Source of the DNA: Myxococcales bacterium | GTDB lineage: Bacteria; Myxococcota_A; Polyangia; Polyangiales; SLQV01 | Assembly: GCA_007131285.1 (NCBI GenBank) | Contig: SLQV01000017.1 | Span: 1-61,128 of the forward strand | Reading direction: 5' to 3' | Length of the DNA stretch: 61,128 bases | Shown here: positions 46,880-56,115 of the stretch, piece after piece | Position numbering within the stretch: the first letter of the stretch is position 1 | Layout of the letters: every line of letters starts with the position of its first letter | Program-made: the position numbers and the translations under genes | Notes under the pieces: generated by a model | Told to the model about the DNA's origin: nothing | What the model saw: the letters and a program-made list of their open reading frames with translations, nothing else | The model's database searches: none

Positions 46880-49438
46880 CTAGAGCTCAAGGTCGCGGTG
46901 CCATTGAATTCGAAGACGACTCAGGGGGTGCGGGGCGGCGGCACCGGCGACGGATGCCGCGCCCAGCGTACAAAACGCCGGCACGGGCGGCGGTGGAGAG
47001 GGGGGCACGCCTGGGCCGCAATATACCTCGACTACTGCGAGCGGTGCGCCATCATCCGCTATCACTCGCGGGACGCTGGCCCGGGAGATAGCGTTATCCG
47101 GCCCGCCGCCAGTCGTGGAGGCGGGCGGTTCCGCCCAATACCAGGTGAGCCAGTGGCCTTCCCCAGAACGTAGCGACCGCGGGCGCGCCTGGCTGTCGAT
47201 GCGCGCTGATGCGTTCCTCCCGGCGCGCGGGCGCAGCACGGGGTTGGCACCGCGGGCGAGCAGCGCGCGGCGCAACCTCAAGCAGGTAGAGGTGAGAGCC
47301 GCCTTGAACTCGGCCGCGCGGCCTTCCCGGTCTTCATCCGATCCGGTCCCAGATTGTAGCGCGGCAAGCGCTTCTACCAGGGAAACACCTTGCGCTCTCC
47401 AAGTAGGCACGTCTCGGTTATCGGGGTCGGTGAGCATACGCCGAATACCTTCAGTGCCTTGATAGATATCGGGGGTCCTGGCAGCCAGCAGGTGCAAGAC
47501 GAGCATGGCATGCCTTAAGGCCATTTCCGCTGGAGCAAGCGCCCGCGTTAGCCGGTGTAGCGCTGCTAAAACGCGACCATCGCTCGCCAACCACCGGACT
47601 AGCTCTGCTACTTCGCGCTCGAACACGGCGTTAGGTTCGCGCCAGGTCGTATGCACTTTCGCCTCGCGCATTGCCTTGAGCGCGAAGGCTTGGAAGCGTG
47701 CTTCGCTTATGGGAAAAGCCGCGAGGTAATTTTTCAGCAGAAAGCCGAATACCGGCCGGCGCTCGACGCGCCACAAGGCCGAAGGAAGTGCCGCGAACAC
47801 TGCGTCGAAACATACCTGCGTAGGTCCGAGCGTTTCAGCCAGCGCAAGCAGACGCGCTCGCGCGTCGCCGCTGCGTTTGGCATCGTGGGAGGCCAGCAGT
47901 CCAAGTCCGCCGGGAGCGAATAACGGCTCAAGTGAACACGCGACGTCGGGCCGAGGCGTGCAACCGACATCAGCGAGCGCCAGAAAGGTCGCATCGCGAT
48001 AGAGCAACGTGTCCTCAATACCTTTCGCCTCCAAGGTAGCCGCCAGGACCTCCGTGCGCCCCATCTGGGGCCACGCACGCGGCGAGGTAGCGACAGCGCC
48101 GAGACTGAGTGCAGAGGTGGCGGGCCCGCGCGCAATCGCGCCCGAGTGACGCGTCAGCTCTTCATAATCGCCATCTGCGAGGTATGACCGATAGCGATCA
48201 AGCACCGTGAGATATTCGCGCAGTCGCCCGGCGACACTTAGCAGCGCGGGCCCACCTCTCTGCTCAGCTTCCGCGTGAAACGCCAGGACCCGACTGCGCT
48301 CTGGGGGCGTTTCAGGCCCGGACAACGTGGCTAAATCACGCAATGCCCAGTTGAAGTCACCCTCGAAAGCACGCTCCAATGCAGCCTCTTTTGCGGCGAC
48401 TCGAGCGAGCGACCAGGACCAGTAGCGACCAAATCCTGATCGCAAGGCCAGCCCCCGGAGCCGGCCCTCAGCGCGGCCGCCACCGAGCACTCGGCACACG
48501 GCGCCTGCGACTTCATAACCCGTCGTACCGGCAACAGGCCACGGAGGCAGGTGTTCATCAGGTGCCACAATCTTCTCAACGAGAAGCCACGCGTGCGGGA
48601 ACATTGACCGTAGTTTCCGCAGGTAAGCATGGGGCTTGGGCAGGCCGTCCACATGATCCACCCGCAGCCCCTCAATCAGGCCGTGCTCGACCCAAGGACG
48701 CAGCGGCTCATGAACAGCTGCAAACGCCGCTTCGTGCTCCATATCGAGAGCGGCTAGTTCATTGATATTAAAGAAGCGCCGATAGCTCGCGCGCTGCGCC
48801 GCCTGCTGCCAGGGAACGAGCGTATAATGTTGAGCCGCTAACACCGTCGCCAGCACGTCCGCGTCGCGCACGCTGTCTTGGGCGAGGTGCGGACGCGCCT
48901 CCGCACGCAGGGGCAAAAAACGATCATAGACGCGCAGGAGACGTGTTTCGCCCCACACGGCTGACGCGGGCACCACCTCGAGCGTGCCGTCGACCAAAGC
49001 CACCTCGAGAGGACGGTCAAGCAAGGGCAGCGCAAGCGGCCATAGCCCCGCGGGGTTGAGGTCAAAAAACGGAACGTAGGGGCTCGAAGCGCCGCGCTTG
49101 AGCACGTCCCACCACCAAGCATTGCGGTAGGCTGGCGTCCGCGGTGGTTGCACGCAACAGTGATTGGGCACGATGTCGAGGACGAAGCCCAAGCCTGCCA
49201 CGGCACCCGCTTCGAGCAGTGCACGCAGCCCGGTCTCGCCGCCAAGCGTTGCGCTGACCTCCGGCGCGACCCAGTCATAGCCATGGTCGCTGCCTTCGGC
49301 CGCCGCGTAAACCGGTGAAAGGTAGACGTGAGAGATACCAAGCCGCTTGAGGCGAGGGAGCTGCGCCTGCACTGCCCCGAAGTTCTGCGCCGCACTGAGC
49401 TGTACGCGGTAGGTCGCAACGGGCAAACGCTGTTTCAT
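46880..49438 (-). CDS. treY: Malto-oligosyltrehalose synthase TreY
   Basis: ATYRVQLSA..FG..LPRLKRLGISHVYLSPVY..GSDHGYD, GLRVDHVDGL, TTGYE. ATG at 49438 (GGAGA 7 nt upstream) is preferred. An alternative GTG at 49459 overlaps the glgX stop. Confidence 0.9.
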   Translation of the reverse strand: MKQRLPVATYRVQLSAAQNFGAVQAQLPRLKRLGISHVYLSPVYAAAEGSDHGYDWVAPEVSATLGGETGLRALLEAGAVAGLGFVLDIVPNHCCVQPPRTPAYRNAWWWDVLKRGASSPYVPFFDLNPAGLWPLALPLLDRPLEVALVDGTLEVVPASAVWGETRLLRVYDRFLPLRAEARPHLAQDSVRDADVLATVLAAQHYTLVPWQQAAQRASYRRFFNINELAALDMEHEAAFAAVHEPLRPWVEHGLIEGLRVDHVDGLPKPHAYLRKLRSMFPHAWLLVEKIVAPDEHLPPWPVAGTTGYEVAGAVCRVLGGGRAEGRLRGLALRSGFGRYWSWSLARVAAKEAALERAFEGDFNWALRDLATLSGPETPPERSRVLAFHAEAEQRGGPALLSVAGRLREYLTVLDRYRSYLADGDYEELTRHSGAIARGPATSALSLGAVATSPRAWPQMGRTEVLAATLEAKGIEDTLLYRDATFLALADVGCTPRPDVACSLEPLFAPGGLGLLASHDAKRSGDARARLLALAETLGPTQVCFDAVFAALPSALWRVERRPVFGFLLKNYLAAFPISEARFQAFALKAMREAKVHTTWREPNAVFEREVAELVRWLASDGRVLAALHRLTRALAPAEMALRHAMLVLHLLAARTPDIYQGTEGIRRMLTDPDNRDVPTWRAQGVSLVEALAALQSGTGSDEDREGRAAEFKAALTSTCLRLRRALLARGANPVLRPRAGRNASARIDSQARPRSLRSGEGHWLTWYWAEPPASTTGGGPDNAISRASVPRVIADDGAPLAVVEVYCGPGVPPSPPPPVPAFCTLGAASVAGAAAPHPLSRLRIQWHRDLEL

Positions 49439-49455
49439 CGGTCTCTCCGCGTACG

Positions 49456-51648
49456 TCACGTATCTTTAGGCTGGTCGCAAAGACGCAAGACAAGCACGGA
49501 ACGCCCCGGCACCGTGAGCGGCGTCAGGTCACGAACGCGAGGTCCCGCTTCGTCGACAAGATCAGCCGCGCTGCTGACGACAAGCCGCCAGCGCCTCAAT
49601 AGGAGCGGCGGCGGCACAACGAAATCTAGCGCGTCGAAGTGCGCATTAAAAAGAACGAGGAATGAATCGTCAACAATTCGCTGCCCGAAGCGGTCGCAGC
49701 TAGGAATGCCTTCGCCATTCAGAAAGACGGTGACAGACTTGGCGAAGCTGGCCTGCCAATCCGCTACCATCATCTGAGTGCCATCTGGCCGGAACCAGCC
49801 AATATCCTCCAGATTAGACCCAAGAAGCGAACTCCCTTCAAACCAGCGCCGGCGCTGAAATACAGGATGTGATTTGCGAAACTGAATGAGCTTCTTGGTG
49901 AAGGCGAGCAGTTGCGTATCTGCGCCAATCCAAGGAAAGTAGTTCAGCTCGTTGTCCTGACAGTAAGTATTGTTATTGCCTTTCTGTGAACGGCCCACTT
50001 CGTCGCCCGAAAGCAGCATGGGCACGCCCTGGGACACAAACATAGTCACCAAAAAATTGCGCACCTGGCGGTCGCGAAGCGCCAGCACTGCCGGGTCAAC
50101 AGTATCGCCTTCCACACCGCAGTTCCAGGAGCGGTTATGCGTTTCACCGTCGCGGTTTTCTTCGCCGTTTTCGTGATTATGCTTCTCATTGTAGGAAACA
50201 AGGTCACGCAACGTGAAGCCATCGTGTGCCGTAACGAAATTAATCGACGCATGCGGTTGACGACCATTCGATCGGTAGAGGTCAGACGACCCGGTTATTC
50301 GGTGCGCAAACTCGCCTAGAATCTGATCCTGACCGCGCCAGTAATCGCGAACTGTATCTCGGTACTTCCCGTTCCACTCAGACCATTGAATTGGAAAGTT
50401 TCCAACTTGATAACCGCCTTCGCCAATATCCCACGGTTCCGCGATCAGCTTGACCTGAGAGATGACCGGATCCTGGTGAATAAGGTCAAAAAATGCGGAT
50501 AACCTGTCCACGTCATGCAGCTCGCGGGCGAGAGCGGCCGCGAGGTCAAAGCGGAAGCCATCTACATGCATCTCCAGCACCCAATAGCGCAGCGAATCCA
50601 TGATGAGCTGTAGGACAAACGGGCTCTGCATGTTCAGACTGTTACCGCAGCCAGTGAAATCGACGTAGCGGGATGGCTGAGACGCGTCGATGCGGTAGTA
50701 AGCCTTATTATCGATGCCTTTAAAGGAAAGCGTCGGCCCGAGATCATTGCCTTCCGCGGTATGGTTGTAGACGACATCGAGAATAACCTCAATACCAGCT
50801 TCGTGCAGACTCTTCACCATCTGCTTAAACTCATGAACCGGGCTGCCGATAGACCCTGGACTTGCGTACTCAGCGCGAGGTGCAAAGTAGGCAATGGAGT
50901 TGTAACCCCAGTAGTTCGTTAGACCCTTCTCAATCAGGAAATGATCATCAACGAAGTGATGCACCGGCATTAGCTCGACCGCCGTAACGCCCAGATCTTT
51001 GAGGTAGGCAATCACCGCGGGGTGCGCGAGACCCGCGTAGGTGCCGCGCAAGCTTTCGGGCACGTCAGGGTGGCGCGCGGTGAACCCTTTGACGTGCGTT
51101 TCGTAGACGATAGTTTCGTGCCAAGGCGTGCCCGGTGGTCGGTCGTGGCCCCAATCGAAATAGGGGTTGGTCACCACCGCCTTAGGCATGGAGGCTGCGC
51201 TGTCGAGAATGCTTGTGCTGGTTCGGGGCGCTTCAGGCAGATGTGCATAGAGCGCGTCGCTCCAGGCAAGCGAGCCTTCCACCGCTTTCGCGTATGGGTC
51301 CAAAAGCAGCTTGCGCGGATTGAAGCGAAGCCCGCGCTCTGGGTCGTGCGGCCCAAAGACGCGGTAGCCGTACCGCTGGCCTGGGCCTACCTGCGGTAGA
51401 TAGCCATGCCAACAAAAGCCCGTCACCTCCCGTAAGCGCACGCGGGACTCTTCGCCCGACTCGGAGAAAAGACAAAGCTCAACTGCGTCCGCTTCTTCGG
51501 CATAGAGAGAAAAATTGGTGCCCGCGCCATCGAAGGTAGCGCCGAGCGGATAAGGCGCCCCTGGCCAAAGCACCCGAGGCGCCACCGCCTCACGCACCGG
51601 CACACACGCCGCGTCGCCTCGCATCCCTCTAGTGGACTCGATTGCCAC
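49456..51648 (-). CDS. glgX: Glycogen debranching enzyme GlgX/TreX (GH13)
   Basis: PLGATFDGAGTNFSLYA, YWGYN, VILDVVYNHTAEG, DGFRFDLA, IAEPWD, FVTAHDGFTL. Confidence 0.93.
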   Translation of the reverse strand: MAIESTRGMRGDAACVPVREAVAPRVLWPGAPYPLGATFDGAGTNFSLYAEEADAVELCLFSESGEESRVRLREVTGFCWHGYLPQVGPGQRYGYRVFGPHDPERGLRFNPRKLLLDPYAKAVEGSLAWSDALYAHLPEAPRTSTSILDSAASMPKAVVTNPYFDWGHDRPPGTPWHETIVYETHVKGFTARHPDVPESLRGTYAGLAHPAVIAYLKDLGVTAVELMPVHHFVDDHFLIEKGLTNYWGYNSIAYFAPRAEYASPGSIGSPVHEFKQMVKSLHEAGIEVILDVVYNHTAEGNDLGPTLSFKGIDNKAYYRIDASQPSRYVDFTGCGNSLNMQSPFVLQLIMDSLRYWVLEMHVDGFRFDLAAALARELHDVDRLSAFFDLIHQDPVISQVKLIAEPWDIGEGGYQVGNFPIQWSEWNGKYRDTVRDYWRGQDQILGEFAHRITGSSDLYRSNGRQPHASINFVTAHDGFTLRDLVSYNEKHNHENGEENRDGETHNRSWNCGVEGDTVDPAVLALRDRQVRNFLVTMFVSQGVPMLLSGDEVGRSQKGNNNTYCQDNELNYFPWIGADTQLLAFTKKLIQFRKSHPVFQRRRWFEGSSLLGSNLEDIGWFRPDGTQMMVADWQASFAKSVTVFLNGEGIPSCDRFGQRIVDDSFLVLFNAHFDALDFVVPPPLLLRRWRLVVSSAADLVDEAGPRVRDLTPLTVPGRSVLVLRLCDQPKDT

Positions 51649-51864
51649 CCGCGCGTCAACCTCGATACCGCCAGCGGGCGGCCGTGAGATGCGTGGAGGA
51701 GACGGAAACGCGTCACACTAGACGTCTTCCCCGACAAAACACCGCGCATACACACTTGATCCCGACCGGAACCTGGGGTCACAGCTGACAACCTGGCGAA
51801 TGGTTCATGTTTAAATACACACGCATCGCTTCACTTACGTTCGCAACTTAGTTAGCCTATTATC

Positions 51865-53205
51865 GTGTGGTCGTATATTTTAAGCACTGGATCCATTCTC
51901 GGTACCATAGCTGTGGCTGCGTCTGGCTGTGGCTACATCGGCTACGAACTTCTCGATGACCAAGCTTCGCAGACCGGCAGCGCCAACACAGGAACAGAGG
52001 ACGGAACAGGAACAGAGGACGGAACAGGGGCTGGACTGAACAGCGGCTCAACGCTCGGCTCGAATAATCTTCCAGGGGGGGAGGACGGCGGACTAGCGCG
52101 GCTACCTACCTGCGCTGCTTTTTCGAGCCAGTTGGTTGCCAATCGCCCGGCCGTGATACCGTATCCAGGTCATGAATTATTTAACACTAGCGGGGGGGTC
52201 GGGGCAAATGGCCATATGATGGCTTGGTTAGAAGACGAAACCATCAACGGGGGGGCGGGCGTTTCCCTGCATGCGGCTTTCGTGGACGACAGACTAACTG
52301 TGACGACAAAGGAGGTGCGTTTATGGCCTGGGGCGACGCCTCGAGGAACATCTTTAGTCATGTCGATTGCCTATGAACCCAAATCGAATCTCTTTTTCAT
52401 CTTGGCGCTCGCCAACTCCACGGGCTACATGTTTTCCCTGTCGCCTGATCTCTCTGAACCAGCACAGGAAACAGCGCTTCCAGATGTGACCGGACTGGGT
52501 TCAGTCAGAGGGTTTCCGCGCATTGACGAGAGGGTCTACGCCCTCGTCACACGGAACGGTCAAAACGAATTTGATTGGCTTATTCGTGAGCCAGATGGCA
52601 CGATCCGCTACGCCACCACAGGTGACTCCTCGACCATAGGCAGTCATGGCACCTGGTTCAGCACTTTTTCGGTCGGGTCCGATTTGGTGGCGCTTTGGCG
52701 CCAAGGCAACCCACGCGACGTTTACTTCGCGCGTTTTGACGCGGAAGGCGCGGCCCTTGATACGCCTCAGGTGCTCACAAGCGACCTTAGCTACCATGCT
52801 TATGACCCCAGCGCCTCCTACTCTGAAGCGCAAGGCGCCTACCTGGTTGCGTGGCACCGACGTTTCGCCTCGACGCACCGCGAAGCCATCTTCGCAACTT
52901 ACGACGCATCGGGCACGCGTCTATCCGATCCGCAGACCATCTCCACACCGGGAGGCAACGTCGCCTATCTCCGAGTTGCAGCCTACGGAACGGGATGGGT
53001 TGTTCGCTGGCACGACCTTAACCAGTCTCTCGACGACGGTGTCATTCTCGACGGAACGCTTGCTGCAACGCCGATCGACGCCGCATCCGCTACCCAGGCC
53101 GTAAGCCCTATTTCCGTAATTGACGCGGGCACCGCCTACTTCACCGCCGACCCATCCGGCGACTTGAGAATCACGCACGACTGCACGCCACCGCCCACAA
53201 CCTAG
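51865..53205 (+). CDS. Hypothetical lipoprotein inside the trehalose/glycogen cluster
   Basis: GTG start, lipobox VAASGC, a Gly/Thr/Glu/Asp linker with a tandem repeat, then a beta-rich body of about 350 aa. No motif recognised. Confidence 0.65.
   Translation: MWSYILSTGSILGTIAVAASGCGYIGYELLDDQASQTGSANTGTEDGTGTEDGTGAGLNSGSTLGSNNLPGGEDGGLARLPTCAAFSSQLVANRPAVIPYPGHELFNTSGGVGANGHMMAWLEDETINGGAGVSLHAAFVDDRLTVTTKEVRLWPGATPRGTSLVMSIAYEPKSNLFFILALANSTGYMFSLSPDLSEPAQETALPDVTGLGSVRGFPRIDERVYALVTRNGQNEFDWLIREPDGTIRYATTGDSSTIGSHGTWFSTFSVGSDLVALWRQGNPRDVYFARFDAEGAALDTPQVLTSDLSYHAYDPSASYSEAQGAYLVAWHRRFASTHREAIFATYDASGTRLSDPQTISTPGGNVAYLRVAAYGTGWVVRWHDLNQSLDDGVILDGTLAATPIDAASATQAVSPISVIDAGTAYFTADPSGDLRITHDCTPPPTT
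51988..52029 (+). repeat. 18-nt perfect tandem repeat (2.3 copies) encoding TGTEDG units
   Basis: ACAGGAACAGAGGACGGA at 51988..52005 is repeated exactly at 52006..52023, followed by a partial third copy. Confidence 0.85.
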
Positions 53206-53663
53206 ACTGCCCCGCTGCAGTCCGGCGGGAACCTCCGCGTATGTTCAAGCGAACTATGGCTCCGATTGAGGACCTCAGCTCGAATGCCCGCAGCGTCGCG
53301 ATCCCAGATAGCATTCTGGAATAACTTGTTTTTGTGAGCAAAACTTCCACGCATGGCTGCGCGAGAACCACCAGGCAACGCGCGCTTGACGTGTTCTTGG
53401 CCGTAAGCGTGAGGATACCCTGGGGGAACCGGATCACGGTGACGGTGCATGCCTTGTATGCCCGGGGCGGAGCCGGTGGCATCAGCGCGTCAAGTGCTTT
53501 CGTGTAGGCGGCTCGAGCCGGAGGGACTAGACTGCATCAATGCGAGTTGGGTGCGTTGATATGCGGCGGGGTCGGCCTCGACGGCGGCGGGTTCTGGGAT
53601 CATTTCACGCGAGGATGCGCGGCGCTGTGGAGACGGACTCCCGCCTAACTGGCTGGGACAGCA

Positions 53664-55742
53664 GTGACCCATGGGCACAACGCGGGAGTGGTCATGGCGC
53701 ACAATGACGGCTCAGGCGGCGGGGGGCTCACGGATGATGCGCGGCGGGCGCTGGTCGCCGTTGGGGCGCGTTCTACGTATCGGGATGCGCATGGGCGCGA
53801 GTGCTCTGTCTCCGAAGCCTCGCTTGCGGCACTGCATGCGGCGCTAGGCGGCATCTCCTGTGCGGAACTGGCTGCGCGCGCACCGGAGTTCGACCCCGTG
53901 GCAGTTGCATTTGTTGCGGGTGGCTTTGCCAACTACGGGGCGCAGCTCAAGGTTCGGTGCAAAACCAAACCTGCAGCGCGCGTGATGTGTGAGGTGGTTT
54001 TGCTGCCGGACTACCCGGAGGGCGACACTGAGACGCGCGTGCAGACGCTTGAACTCGCCGAAGCCGCTTGGGAACCCTGCGCGTCGGGGTCGCCGGTGTA
54101 TCAGTGGGAGGCTGCGCTGAAGCTGCGTGCCGAACCAGGGTACTACCGGCTGCACTGCAAACACGGCGCCGACACGCACTCGGTGCTTGCGCTCGTAGCA
54201 CCCGAGCAGCAGGCGACGCTGCGGCGGCGTTATCGCGGACTGTTTGCACCGCTTCACACCCTCGGGTCTCAGGCTCAGGCGCCGGATCTCTCCACGCTGG
54301 CGAGTCTCGCGCGCGGGCTGCGGGGCGAGAACCTCAACCTGGTAGGCACGTTACCGCTCTACCCATCTTTCTGCGGCTACGGACAGGAGCCTTACGACCC
54401 TTCTCCCTACTCACCGGTCTCGCGGCTTATGTTTCACGACCTTTGGGCACCGCGCACCGAACTTGCGCGCACGCTGCAAAGGCTTGGACTACCCGCATCT
54501 GCGCGCGCACCAGAAATCGGAGGCGGCGACTTCGACTATCGCAAGGCCTACCGCGACCTTATCGACTTCGGTCAAATGGCCCTCGCCACGGCGGATGCAG
54601 ACCGGGTACACGCGGCGCTGAGCGCAGAGCTGAGCCCACGGCATTGCGCCTATGCCGCCTTCCGTGCGCAGCTCGCGTCGCCCGAAGCGGGCGCACGCAA
54701 AGCGCTGGAGAACTGGCATCTGCTAGCCCAAGTCGCACTCGGTGCAGGCCTGCGAGAGCTACGGGGCGAGCTTGCGCGCGTAGGCTCCGGGCTCTACCTC
54801 GATTTACCCCTCGGCGTATCGCCTTCAGGTTTTGACGCGCGGGCGTTCAAAGCGGAGTTTCTTCCGGGCTTTTCGGTGGGGGCACCACCGGATATCTTCT
54901 TTCTCGGCGGCCAGGATTGGGGTTTTGCTGCCAGTCACCCCCTGCAAGCGCGCGAGGAAGGCTACCGCTACCTCATCTCTACCCTGCGCTTTGCACTTTC
55001 AACCTGCGACGTTCTGCGCGTCGACCACATCATGGGGCTTGAGAGGCTCTTCCTTGTGCCCCACGGCGGCACAGCGAAAGAAGGCTTTTATCTCGAATAT
55101 CCTGCGGATGAACTCTACGCGCTGATGCTCCTCGAAGCGGCGCGGGGTCACGTGCACCTCATCGGCGAAAACCTCGGCACGGTACCGCCGTCAACCGCTG
55201 AGCGCCTCACGCGGCATCACGTGGGCGGCATGTTTATTTTCTCCTGCGAGGCCTACCCCGGACGCCCGGCTAGCGAGAGCATTGCGCCGCCGCGCACGGG
55301 ACTGGCCTCGCTCAACACCCACGACTTGGTACCCTTCCATGGCTGGCTCGAAGGCGACGACCTCGCCCTGGCGCACAAGCTCGGTTTCATCGACGCAAAC
55401 GCGCTTGAGCATCGCCGAGGCGAGCGGGCGCAGCTGCGCAGCGAGCTTGCGAGCGTTCTCGGCGTCGACGGCTCGAACTCGGACGCCCTATTGACCGCGC
55501 TCCTCGGGCATCTCGAGGCGCAGAACCCCGACGTGCTCTTGATTGACCTCTTTGACCTCATCGGCGAGCGCCGCATGCACAACGTCCCCGGGACACCCGC
55601 TAGCGCCGGCAACTGGCAAGCCCGCCCGATCCTCCCCGCCGACGAGATGCTCAAGGCTACCGCCGTGCGGAATCTTCTGCGCATCATCGGAATGGGTCAG
55701 GAAGTGCGGGAGGGCACCGAGCCAGCGGAACCTATCGCCTAA
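53664..55742 (+). CDS. malQ: 4-alpha-glucanotransferase MalQ (amylomaltase, GH77) with N-terminal extension domain
   Basis: SPYSPVSRLMFHDLW, LRVDHIMGLERLF, IGENLGTVP, LNTHDLVPFHGW. Alternative start ATG at 53694 (GGGAG 7 nt upstream). Confidence 0.9.
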   Translation: MTHGHNAGVVMAHNDGSGGGGLTDDARRALVAVGARSTYRDAHGRECSVSEASLAALHAALGGISCAELAARAPEFDPVAVAFVAGGFANYGAQLKVRCKTKPAARVMCEVVLLPDYPEGDTETRVQTLELAEAAWEPCASGSPVYQWEAALKLRAEPGYYRLHCKHGADTHSVLALVAPEQQATLRRRYRGLFAPLHTLGSQAQAPDLSTLASLARGLRGENLNLVGTLPLYPSFCGYGQEPYDPSPYSPVSRLMFHDLWAPRTELARTLQRLGLPASARAPEIGGGDFDYRKAYRDLIDFGQMALATADADRVHAALSAELSPRHCAYAAFRAQLASPEAGARKALENWHLLAQVALGAGLRELRGELARVGSGLYLDLPLGVSPSGFDARAFKAEFLPGFSVGAPPDIFFLGGQDWGFAASHPLQAREEGYRYLISTLRFALSTCDVLRVDHIMGLERLFLVPHGGTAKEGFYLEYPADELYALMLLEAARGHVHLIGENLGTVPPSTAERLTRHHVGGMFIFSCEAYPGRPASESIAPPRTGLASLNTHDLVPFHGWLEGDDLALAHKLGFIDANALEHRRGERAQLRSELASVLGVDGSNSDALLTALLGHLEAQNPDVLLIDLFDLIGERRMHNVPGTPASAGNWQARPILPADEMLKATAVRNLLRIIGMGQEVREGTEPAEPIA

Positions 55743-55854
55743 CGCTTGTTCCTTGATCCGTGCCGCGCTCGCCTCTCACGCCATACCTTACCTGCATCGA
55801 GGCGGTGTCCCGTATCTCCCGGGGATACAGCCCCGAAGGAGGGGTGAGTAGGTA

Positions 55855-55898
55855 CCCGGAATAGGGTGCGGCGCGTAATCGCAGCGCCCTATTCCGGG
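55855..55898 (+). terminator. Long GC-rich hairpin downstream of malQ (candidate terminator or REP-like element, no U-tract)
   Basis: CCCGGAATAGGG (55855..55866) pairs perfectly with CCCTATTCCGGG (55887..55898). The stem extends inward to about 19 bp with one mismatch. A second 7-bp hairpin, GTATCTC-CCG-GGGATAC, lies about 30 nt upstream. Confidence 0.4.
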
Positions 55899-56115
55899 CG
55901 GCTCAGAGGGCCGGGCCTGCATGCCCGGTCCCCTGCAGAAAGGCCGTACCCCGTAAGATTCGGGACCCTCGCGCGCGCGGCCGCTTTCGCCGAGGCCAGG
56001 CCGCCGGTCGATGCAGGCTTACCACCGCATACAGCATCGTGGACGATCCAGAGAGGCCCTTGATGGATATTTGTCTGCTCCGCTGCGGGCGAGACCTTGC
56101 CTACGCGTTAGGTGA

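Noticed and set aside
53171-53482. Overlapping 103-aa and 82-aa minus-strand ORFs between the lipoprotein gene and malQ, with a faint resemblance of PHAYGQEHV...LFQNAIWD to IS200/RAYT Y1-transposase blocks (HAY..HVH, W..RF.D)
   Set aside because: The similarity is limited to a few residues with the wrong spacing. No HUH-plus-Tyr architecture can be assembled in any single frame, and there are no flanking inverted repeats. At most this is a degraded remnant, which I cannot support from sequence alone.
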